From contig JBNJFB010000005.1 of assembly GCA_051746405.1 (NCBI GenBank), forward strand, positions 9,914 to 73,913: a stretch of DNA of 64,000 bases. Reading direction: 5' to 3'. The notes beneath the pieces were generated by a model. That model did not search any database. It was not told where the DNA came from and saw only the letters and a program-made list of their open reading frames with translations. Origin of the DNA: Campylobacterota bacterium (GTDB lineage: Bacteria > Campylobacterota > Campylobacteria > Campylobacterales > Arcobacteraceae). The translations under genes and the position numbers were made by a program. Below, piece after piece: positions 52,744 through 61,039 of this stretch; the stretch's first letter is position 1; every line of letters starts with the position of its first letter.

Positions 52744-52776
52744 TGTAACTAAAATGTATCTAAAGGTAAGTAAAAT
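52744..52776 (+). promoter_or_regulatory. Shared box plus -10 for the NDP-sugar pyrophosphorylase fusion
   Basis: TGTAACTAAAATGTATC-N10-TAAAAT. Confidence 0.75.
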
Positions 52777-52802
52777 AGAGTAACTTTTAATTAGGATAGA
52801 TA

Positions 52803-55298
52803 ATGAAAGCAATAATTCTAGCAGGTGGTTTTGGAACAAGAATCCAACCACTTACAAACTCACTTCCAAAACCAATGTTACCAATACTCAATCGTCCAAT
52901 GATGGAACATATTATTTTAAAACTACGTGATGAGTTAGATATAAAAGAGATGGCAATTTTACTTTACTTTAAACCTGAAATTATTAGAGAATATTTCGGT
53001 GATGGCAGTAGATTTGGTGTAAAATTAACTTATATAGAACCCGATGATGACTATGGAACAGCAGGTGCTGTTTCATTTGCAAGGGATTTTTTAGATGATA
53101 CGTTTATCATAGTAAGTGGTGATTTAGTAACAAATTTCAATTTTAAAGCCATAGAGAAATTTCACAAAAAGAAAAAATCACAATTTACAATTACGCTAAC
53201 TAGTGTTGAAGACCCTCTACAGTTTGGTGTAGTTATTGCAGATGAAAATAATAGAATAGATAAGTTTTTAGAAAAACCAAGCTGGGGAGAAGTATTTAGT
53301 GATACTATAAATACCGGCATTTATATAATAGAACCTGAAATATTAAACTTTATACCACATGGAGAAGATTTTGATTTTGCAAAAGACCTTTTTCCTACCC
53401 TTATGCAAAATAATATCCCATTATGGGGCTATAGTGAAAAAGGATACTGGAGAGATGTGGGAAATCCTCAAAGTTATAGAGAAGTATATGAAGATATTTT
53501 TAAAGGAGATATAACTCTACCTATAAAAGGTGAAGCAAAAAAGATTGATAATGGACTAGTTTACATATCAAAAGGAGTTGAGTTACCTGAAAAGTTAAGA
53601 GTAAAAGGTGTAGTTGTTTTAGATGAAAATGTTAAAATAAGTGAAGGCGTTACATTAGAAAATGCTTCTATTGGCAAAAACTGTAAAATAAAAAAACATT
53701 CTGAAGTAACAAACACTATTTTATGGAATGATGTAACAATAGGCTCAAAATCTAAAATCAATAACTCTGTTATATGTAACAACTCTCAAATAAAAGATGA
53801 AGTAAAAGCATCCTTAGGTGTAATAATAGCTGAAGGTTGTATAATATTTAAAAAAGTAAGTTTTGTAAAAGATATTATTATATGGCCTAATAAAGTTATA
53901 GATGCTTCCTCAATAGTAAGTAATAATGTAATATGGGGTACAAAATATAAGTCTACTATTTTTGAAGAGGGAAAAGTAACAGGAAGAACAAATATAGAAC
54001 TTTCTGTACAAATGAGTACTAAACTTGCTGAATCTTTTGGTTCTATACTCCCTGTTGGTAGTAAAGTTTATATGTCAAGGGATTATCATAAAAGTTCAAG
54101 AATGATTAAGCGTGCTTTTCTTTCTGGACTTTTAGCAACTGGAATAAATGTTGATGACCTTTTTGATGTTCCCTCTAATGTAATGAGACACTGTTTGTCT
54201 AATAATGATAATGTTATTGCAGGAGTTCATTTTAGACAATCAGTTGTTGATCCTTCAAATACTGAGATTATTCTTTATACAAACGAAGGATTATCTATTG
54301 ATACAAAACTATCAAAATCCATTGAGAGAATATTTTTTAGAGAGAATTTTAGAAGAGTTAACTATACTCAAATTGGTGAAATCACTGAAGAAATAGGAAC
54401 AAAAAACAGATATGTAGATGCAGTTTTAGAAAAATTAAATCTTAATAGTTTTAAAAACAATGAGCTAAAAGTAGCTACAGATATTATGTTTGGTTCCACA
54501 TCTGATATATATCCTAAACTTATGAATGAGTTAGCTATTGAAAATGTTGTATTAAATGCCTACAAAGATGATAAAAATCTATCAGGTGTAGCAAATATGA
54601 TAGTAAAATCTCAAAAATATATGGAAAATATTGTAAAAGCAATGCAGCTAGACTGTGGTTTCTTAATCTATCCAAATGGTCAAAAACTTCAACTAATTGA
54701 TGATAAAGGTGAACTTGTATATGACTATAAAACACTTCTTGTAATACTAACAATGTTAAATGAACAAACAAATAAAAAGCTAAAAGTTTTACTACCTGCT
54801 TGGGGTCCTGATTTTATAGAGTTCAAAAATCTACAAATAACTTATGAAAATTTATCTAAACTCAAAGCAAGTGAACTAATGGAGTTTGATCTTATTGCTA
54901 CAACTGATGGGCACTATTCATTTTGTGATTTTGGTCTAAATCGTGATGCCATTTTTTCAAGTTTTAAAATTCTTGAACTCATGCAAAAATCAGATATTAA
55001 AATATCAAAAATTGTAAAACAACTTCCAGAGTTTGTATTTAGAGGCGAAAATGTAGCTTGTCCTAGTGAATTTAAAGGAAAAATGATGAGAAAATTCCTT
55101 GAAGATGGAAAAGATAAAGAGACTAGTTCTATAGATGGTGTTAAAACTTGGATAAGTGAAGATGAATGGCTACTTATGGTTCCAGATGAACATGCAGACT
55201 ATTTAAACATATATATTCAAGCACAAGATGACAAAAGTGCAAGTAAAATATTTTGGAGCTATCAAGATAAAATAGAAAAATGGATTAGTGAAAAATAA
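52803..55298 (+). CDS. Sugar-1-phosphate nucleotidyltransferase with hexapeptide repeats fused to a degenerate phosphohexomutase domain
   Basis: LAGGFGTR...PKPM, GTAG, FLEKP, INTGIY and YWRDVG, a left-handed beta-helix, then a PGM/PMM-like C-terminal half. Confidence 0.88.
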   Translation: MKAIILAGGFGTRIQPLTNSLPKPMLPILNRPMMEHIILKLRDELDIKEMAILLYFKPEIIREYFGDGSRFGVKLTYIEPDDDYGTAGAVSFARDFLDDTFIIVSGDLVTNFNFKAIEKFHKKKKSQFTITLTSVEDPLQFGVVIADENNRIDKFLEKPSWGEVFSDTINTGIYIIEPEILNFIPHGEDFDFAKDLFPTLMQNNIPLWGYSEKGYWRDVGNPQSYREVYEDIFKGDITLPIKGEAKKIDNGLVYISKGVELPEKLRVKGVVVLDENVKISEGVTLENASIGKNCKIKKHSEVTNTILWNDVTIGSKSKINNSVICNNSQIKDEVKASLGVIIAEGCIIFKKVSFVKDIIIWPNKVIDASSIVSNNVIWGTKYKSTIFEEGKVTGRTNIELSVQMSTKLAESFGSILPVGSKVYMSRDYHKSSRMIKRAFLSGLLATGINVDDLFDVPSNVMRHCLSNNDNVIAGVHFRQSVVDPSNTEIILYTNEGLSIDTKLSKSIERIFFRENFRRVNYTQIGEITEEIGTKNRYVDAVLEKLNLNSFKNNELKVATDIMFGSTSDIYPKLMNELAIENVVLNAYKDDKNLSGVANMIVKSQKYMENIVKAMQLDCGFLIYPNGQKLQLIDDKGELVYDYKTLLVILTMLNEQTNKKLKVLLPAWGPDFIEFKNLQITYENLSKLKASELMEFDLIATTDGHYSFCDFGLNRDAIFSSFKILELMQKSDIKISKIVKQLPEFVFRGENVACPSEFKGKMMRKFLEDGKDKETSSIDGVKTWISEDEWLLMVPDEHADYLNIYIQAQDDKSASKIFWSYQDKIEKWISEK

Positions 55299-55299
55299 A

Positions 55300-55321
55300 G
55301 GTAGAGATTAATTTCTCTGCC
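55300..55321. terminator. Hairpin terminator
   Basis: GGTAGAGA-TTAATT-TCTCTGCC immediately after the stop codon. Confidence 0.6.
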
Positions 55322-55340
55322 CTCTTACCACTCCATATCG

Positions 55341-56882
55341 TTAATATTTCTTCCACTCAAACTTAGATATATTTCGCTTATTGGTATCAAACTCTATACC
55401 TACAAGGTAAATATCTTTATTTTGGTTTGTGTAGCCTGAAGCATAGTTGTTATCTTTTATTTGTTGTAGTGCATCACCTTTGCCAACTATTTTAAACTCT
55501 AACACATAAATTACATCATCCATATTAATAGTTAAATCTATTCGCCCTTTGTTATTTGAATCTTCACCTATGATTCTCATTCCTAATGATTGTAAATAGA
55601 TAAAAAACACACTTGCATAAAATCCTTCATAATTTGCTATAGAATTATTAGTATAGTTATTATGAGGAATAGAATCAAATACAGCTACAAGTGAAGCTTT
55701 TAAATTATCCATATCTTTTTCTAGTAAGCTTTTGTAAATATTAGTTTTCTTTTGAAGTAATCTATCATCTTCAATAAGATAGTAAATAATATAATCAGCA
55801 AATGATTGCCTTACTTCTTTATTTGGTAGCTTCAAGTTATATTGTTGTGTTCCAAAAAGTGTAGTTTCTACTTTATCTATAGTTAAATATCCACTTTGAT
55901 ACAGTATTACTTCTAAATCAAGATTTTCAATATCAAAGCTGTTAAGTAGTTTTTCATCAACTTTCAAATCAGTAAGAGCAGGTAAGAAATAATTTTTCTT
56001 CTTAATGAGCTTCATTAGAAATGTAGGAGTTCCACTTTCAAACCAGTAGTTACTATATTGAAAGTCATTGTCTATAAACTGTAAGATATCAAATGGATTA
56101 TACATATCACTACCCAAGAAATTATAGCCATTGTACCAGCTTTTTAATTCATCCATATCTATACTTTCAAAGTATGGTTTAAAAGTTGTTTCTACATCTT
56201 CTTGAGAGTATCCACAAATATCTCCATATCGTTTATTTAAGCTTATATCTACTAAGTTGTTAAGTCCACTAAATAAAGATGTTCTTGTAAACTTACTTAC
56301 ACCTGTAAGAAAGGCAAACTGTAAAAACTCATCACTTCCTTTAATAACACTATAAAGATTTATAAGTCCATTTCTTATCTCTTCTGCAATCTCTGTTTTA
56401 TCAATATTATCTAATATAGGTTTATCATATTCATCTATTAAGATCACTACTTTTTGCTTATATTTTTTATAGCACTCTTGAATAAGAGTATCAAAGCATC
56501 CAGCAACACTATCTTTATCTTTACACTCTACACCTAACCTTTCTTGGTTTTGTCTAAGTGTTCTAAATATAGCCTTATCAAGCTCTTTTCTATTTTCAAT
56601 TTTCCCTTTAGCAAAGTTAATATGAATTACAGGATACTTTACATCCCAATCCCACTTATTTTCAATAACTAAGCCTTTAAAAAGCTCTTTGTTTCCCTCA
56701 AAAATGTTTCTAAGTGTATCAAGAAATAAACTCTTACCAAATCTTCTAGGACGGCTTAAAAATGCATAACGATAGTTATCTATAAGATTAAAAGCAATAT
56801 CTGTTTTATCTACATATACATAATCATCTTTTCTTATATCGCTAAATGTATCAATACCAATAGGTAGTTTTTGTAATTGCAT
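55341..56882 (-). CDS. AAA-ATPase-like protein with a C-terminal PD-(D/E)XK nuclease domain
   Basis: LPIGI...YVDKT, SRPRRFGKS, LIDEYDKP, WYNGY and GRIDL...EFK...ALQQI. Confidence 0.88.
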   Translation of the reverse strand: MQLQKLPIGIDTFSDIRKDDYVYVDKTDIAFNLIDNYRYAFLSRPRRFGKSLFLDTLRNIFEGNKELFKGLVIENKWDWDVKYPVIHINFAKGKIENRKELDKAIFRTLRQNQERLGVECKDKDSVAGCFDTLIQECYKKYKQKVVILIDEYDKPILDNIDKTEIAEEIRNGLINLYSVIKGSDEFLQFAFLTGVSKFTRTSLFSGLNNLVDISLNKRYGDICGYSQEDVETTFKPYFESIDMDELKSWYNGYNFLGSDMYNPFDILQFIDNDFQYSNYWFESGTPTFLMKLIKKKNYFLPALTDLKVDEKLLNSFDIENLDLEVILYQSGYLTIDKVETTLFGTQQYNLKLPNKEVRQSFADYIIYYLIEDDRLLQKKTNIYKSLLEKDMDNLKASLVAVFDSIPHNNYTNNSIANYEGFYASVFFIYLQSLGMRIIGEDSNNKGRIDLTINMDDVIYVLEFKIVGKGDALQQIKDNNYASGYTNQNKDIYLVGIEFDTNKRNISKFEWKKY

Positions 56883-57003
56883 TAGAATATCCTTCTTACT
56901 TTGCCAAGTTTTAAACTATAGCCATTATAGCAAAATATCGTATAAATTCTAGAAATAAGGTGTTAAGAAAGGTTAAAAGACTCTATAAAGCCCTTAAGTT
57001 CGT

Positions 57004-57079
57004 TGGCGACCCCAGTATGATTCGAACATACGTTTTTGGGAGGAAATCCCAACGTCCTTGGCCACTAGACGATAGGGTC
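57004..57079 (-). tRNA. tRNA-Glu(UUC) with an atypical anticodon loop and encoded CCA
   Basis: GACCCTA TC GTC-TAGTGGCCAAG-GAC G TTGGG-ATTTCCT-CCCAA AAAC GTATG-TTCGAAT-CATAC TGGGGTC G CCA folds into a full 76-nt cloverleaf; TATAAT at 57100-57095 upstream. Confidence 0.85.
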
Positions 57080-57137
57080 AGTTTGAAGAGTGAAATTATA
57101 TTATATAAACTATTTCAAACCTCTTAAATATTTGCTT

Positions 57138-58070
57138 TTATTCTAAATTATTTATTTTAAGAAAGTTTGCTGATCTTTGGTGTCCTTTTATCTTTGCTTT
57201 TTTTAACCAATACTTTGCTTCATCTATATCTTGTTTTACTCCCTTACCCTCAAAAAGATAGGTTCCAACATAATACATTGCTTTATTTTTTCCCTCTTTT
57301 GCTGCCATTAGATAATATTTGAAAGCTTTTTTATAATCAGGGTTTACTTCATTTGCTTTTCTATAAATATCTGCTAGTTTAAGCTGGGAGTTTGTATTTC
57401 CTTGATTTGCTGAAGAGGTTAAAAGCTTTACTGCTTTTTTTATATCCTTTGGTACACTATCTGCTCTTAAATACATCATTGCAAGATTGTATTGTGCTAA
57501 AGGATTATTTGCTCTTAAGGCTTGCTTATACCAAAAAACCGCTTTGTCTTTTGATTTTTGCACTCCCTTTCCATAATAATACATTGAAGCCAAATTGTTC
57601 ATGGCCATTATTACACCTTTATTTGCAGCTTTTTCATACCACTTAAAAGCTTTTTTTAGATTCTCTTCTTTTGTGGATTTTTCATAAAGCATTGCTAAAT
57701 TTAGTTGTGCTAGGGCATAGCCTTGTTTTGCTGATGATTCATAAAGCTCTTTTGCTTTATGCAAATCTTTCTTTACCCCTTGTCCTAAGTGATACATATG
57801 CCCTAAGTTATTCATAGCTTGTATATTTCCATTTTTAGAGGCTTGTTCATACCAAAATAGTGCTAGTTCTATATCTTTTGGCACTCCTATACCCTCATAA
57901 TTCATCAAGCCTAAATTATACTGGGCATTTGCATTATCTTTTAAAGCTAATTGCATTAGTTGTTGTTGAGCTTTTGAGTACTCTTTTTTTTCTAAACTTT
58001 TGACCGCATCTTCAAAAGTTAATGCATAAAGTGACAATGAAATAAAAAAACAGAAAAATAAAACTCTCAT
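57138..58070 (-). CDS. Secreted Sel1-like repeat protein
   Basis: Signal peptide and multiple AQYNLGxMY..G.GV.KD...A..WY..A repeats. Confidence 0.92.
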   Translation of the reverse strand: MRVLFFCFFISLSLYALTFEDAVKSLEKKEYSKAQQQLMQLALKDNANAQYNLGLMNYEGIGVPKDIELALFWYEQASKNGNIQAMNNLGHMYHLGQGVKKDLHKAKELYESSAKQGYALAQLNLAMLYEKSTKEENLKKAFKWYEKAANKGVIMAMNNLASMYYYGKGVQKSKDKAVFWYKQALRANNPLAQYNLAMMYLRADSVPKDIKKAVKLLTSSANQGNTNSQLKLADIYRKANEVNPDYKKAFKYYLMAAKEGKNKAMYYVGTYLFEGKGVKQDIDEAKYWLKKAKIKGHQRSANFLKINNLE

Positions 58071-58085
58071 AATATCACCTCTTGC

Positions 58086-58895
58086 TTACTCTTCTTGTGC
58101 TTCTTCAATTTTCTCTAATGTTTTATCTAAATTATCATTTACTCTTTTATCAAGGGCATTTATCTCTTTATCTAAAGTATTTATCATCTCACTATTGTCT
58201 TGTGCTTTCTCTTGAGCATCACTTAGTATATCATCTTGTGGTTTATCATCCATTGTTAAAACAACATCTTGAGCTAATAAATCTTTTTTATCTTTTGCTA
58301 TTTTATCCAATTTTCTATCTGCTCTTTCTGTGATATATATATCTTTTACTATATCATCTTTAGTTGGAGTACTTACAATATCTAAGTCAATATCACATAA
58401 GGCTTCATCATCATTGAATTTAATTCTATACTCTACACAACTATACCATTTGGTTTTAATTCCAAGCAAATACTCAAGTCTTGTATAAAAAAGCTCATAT
58501 AACTCTTCTTTGAAATATATGGGATTTTTTTCATCAAAATCCACTACTCTTTTTATCTCTAGTTTTGTTGTGCTTACATTATCTTTTTGTTTGATGTTTA
58601 AATCCCAAATATCTTCTGTAGTATAAGTATATAATGGATAGTGATTTACTTTTGGTTTGATTACGGTCATTGAGTTTCTATAAGAATCAATCAAAAATTT
58701 TCTATCACCTGCATATATAAAAATCTTTTTTGCTGCTTCAAAAATCGCATCTTTTGAAACTCCATGATAAACTCTTGTTTTATATTGTGCATCTTTTACT
58801 TTTATATCTTTTGTTGAACAAGATGTAAAAACTAAAGATACAAAAACTAAAAGAGCTATCTTTTTTATTTTTTTATTTACTTGTAGCATAAGCAC
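58086..58895 (-). CDS. Putative lipoprotein
   Basis: Lipobox-like VFTSC after a hydrophobic stretch; acidic C-terminal tail. Confidence 0.65.
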   Translation of the reverse strand: MLMLQVNKKIKKIALLVFVSLVFTSCSTKDIKVKDAQYKTRVYHGVSKDAIFEAAKKIFIYAGDRKFLIDSYRNSMTVIKPKVNHYPLYTYTTEDIWDLNIKQKDNVSTTKLEIKRVVDFDEKNPIYFKEELYELFYTRLEYLLGIKTKWYSCVEYRIKFNDDEALCDIDLDIVSTPTKDDIVKDIYITERADRKLDKIAKDKKDLLAQDVVLTMDDKPQDDILSDAQEKAQDNSEMINTLDKEINALDKRVNDNLDKTLEKIEEAQEE

Positions 58896-61038
58896 CCAAC
58901 CTATCTAATAAATCATAATCTAAATCTAACTTAACACTATCTGCAACAACCTCTATACCATTTAACTGTCCATAAATAAGTATATTTTTTACCTTATGTT
59001 TCTTAAGTGTATCATTAGTAAATCCTGTAGTATAATCTTTGTGCATTCTAATATATGTTACAGGAACACCATCTAACTGTTCAAGTGGGAAGTCTTCTGT
59101 TTTATATCTTTTTAGAAGTGTTTTTAGCCCCATCTTATCAATCTCTTCAACAAAGCTTATAAAATCAATCTTATGCATTTGTGCAGTATATGAAGTGATA
59201 CTAAAAACAACTTTTTTTATCACATCTTGATTTTTGTTTACAAAATCATTTAGCCATACATAAAAGTTAGCATTTTTTATAGTAATATAAGATAAGTTTA
59301 CACATAGTTCATACTCACATGAATTAGCTTTAATAAACTCAACTGTTTTCTCTACTACTTGTTTATCAAAGGATTCTATTAACTCTAATTTTTGTGCAAC
59401 TGATACAAAAGAACCAATCATGAGCTTTTTACCATCATAATCAAACAGTTGTGGAGCTACTTCTTTCATAACAAGCTTTTCATCTTCAAATGAATAAGTA
59501 TCTAATACAAAATCTATATCAAAATCTGATTTTTCAATAATATCTTTTACATTATTATCAATCTCTTCATAGTTTTTAGCAATCTCTTCTTTTGTAATAA
59601 GACTAAAACTATTTTGAGTTACTTTAGAGTTCTCATAAGCTTTATTAGCACTATCTAAAACACTATCAATAGTCCCATATAAATCTATATAAGTTCCACC
59701 AAGTTGAATAATGCTAGGTGGTACATCAAAATTTTTTGACATTTTTGTACTTATCTCTTTTACAATATTTGAAGCTGTATTCTCTACTATTTTAAAATCA
59801 TCACTTTTAAGTATAACTGCAAATAAAGAGCCATAAAATCTATATATTTTACTATCTGTTTTACTACTTTTATAGACTGTATTTTTTATGATATTTGAAT
59901 AGTGTTCTATAAAATTATTAATATATCCTGTATCATGTTTTTTGCTTAACTGTGCTAAGTCCTCCACTTTAATAACAAAAACATAACCACTTATTGAAGA
60001 TACAAACATATTTTTTAAATCAAAATCGAAAATCTTTTTATTTGGAAGACCTGTTAAAGTATCAGTTGAAACCTTTAACTCTAAAGACTCTTTATTCATA
60101 TTTAATTCATTGGTAAGTGAGGCTATTTTTGATGAGATTTTTGATACTTTTTTTACTAACTCATTTATCTCTTTAGTACCTTCAATATTATCTTTTTTAA
60201 GCTTCACATACTTACTATTTATTATATTTTCCAAGTGTTCATTTAGTCTTGATACTGGTTTTTTAACATATTTTCTCAAAATATAGTTATGATAAGTACC
60301 AATTGTAAAAGTAAGCGGAATCAACATAATAGAAGTAAAAATAATAAGTTTTAAAATAAAAACTTCTAACTGTTTTTTTATGATATTTGTATTTAATACA
60401 TACTCTACAGTTGCATATTTTGACTCATCTACTTTTATATCATAACTATTTTCTAACTCTTCTACACTAATAAGTCTATTTATAAATTTTGGAAAAATTC
60501 TACTATCTTCTTTCGTTTGACTGTAGTTAATATTAGAAAATTTTAATCTTGCTATGAAGTTTTTTATCTTTGAGTCTTTATATAGCTGTAGTCTTATATT
60601 TACATCATCATCTTTATCAAACTGAAGTGATGGTATAAACCTATAAAGATTTGTATTCTCTATTTTTTTTATTTCGCCAAGTGCCACATCTACTTTTATT
60701 TCTGCTAAATTCCATGATTTATCATTAAAGTTCTCTAAGGAGTCTATTAAAATACTTTTATTAAATATAAGTTTTTCATATCTTATTTCAATAGTTTTAA
60801 AAATATCAAATTTTGTATTATCTTGTATTACTTCTAATACATTTTCACCTCTATTTACTAAATTTTTATTAAGATAAGTATTTATATATTTTTTATTTAA
60901 ATCATATGTTGCATAGCTTTTTTGTAATAACTCTTTTTTATAGCTATCATAAAAAAATTTACTAGATATAAAAAATAGAAAAATAAAAACTACTACAAGA
61001 AAAATAAGGTTCTTATTCTTTTCAAAACTAGCAACCAT
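58873..61038 (-). CDS. Membrane-bound GGDEF-EAL protein with degenerate motifs (LapD-like)
   Basis: Two transmembrane helices around a periplasmic domain, a HAMP-like linker, DTLTGLPN, YRFYGSLF in place of GGDEF, and KEVAPQL in place of EAL. Confidence 0.8.
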   Translation of the reverse strand: MVASFEKNKNLIFLVVVFIFLFFISSKFFYDSYKKELLQKSYATYDLNKKYINTYLNKNLVNRGENVLEVIQDNTKFDIFKTIEIRYEKLIFNKSILIDSLENFNDKSWNLAEIKVDVALGEIKKIENTNLYRFIPSLQFDKDDDVNIRLQLYKDSKIKNFIARLKFSNINYSQTKEDSRIFPKFINRLISVEELENSYDIKVDESKYATVEYVLNTNIIKKQLEVFILKLIIFTSIMLIPLTFTIGTYHNYILRKYVKKPVSRLNEHLENIINSKYVKLKKDNIEGTKEINELVKKVSKISSKIASLTNELNMNKESLELKVSTDTLTGLPNKKIFDFDLKNMFVSSISGYVFVIKVEDLAQLSKKHDTGYINNFIEHYSNIIKNTVYKSSKTDSKIYRFYGSLFAVILKSDDFKIVENTASNIVKEISTKMSKNFDVPPSIIQLGGTYIDLYGTIDSVLDSANKAYENSKVTQNSFSLITKEEIAKNYEEIDNNVKDIIEKSDFDIDFVLDTYSFEDEKLVMKEVAPQLFDYDGKKLMIGSFVSVAQKLELIESFDKQVVEKTVEFIKANSCEYELCVNLSYITIKNANFYVWLNDFVNKNQDVIKKVVFSITSYTAQMHKIDFISFVEEIDKMGLKTLLKRYKTEDFPLEQLDGVPVTYIRMHKDYTTGFTNDTLKKHKVKNILIYGQLNGIEVVADSVKLDLDYDLLDRLGAYATSK

Positions 61039-61039
61039 T

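Noticed and set aside
55335..56941. 7-bp direct repeat ATATCGT flanking the AAA-nuclease gene
   Set aside because: Too short to distinguish from chance, and there are no terminal inverted repeats.
23041..57004. Classical integrative island bounded by att repeats of the tRNA 3' end
   Set aside because: No copy of the tRNA 3' end was seen near aroB/BCCT or elsewhere, and there is no integrase or transposase in the window. Island status rests only on gene content.
57041..57047. Reading the tRNA anticodon as UCC (Gly)
   Set aside because: The canonical 5-bp stem and 7-nt loop register gives UUC, and the D-arm and short variable loop resemble tRNA-Glu.
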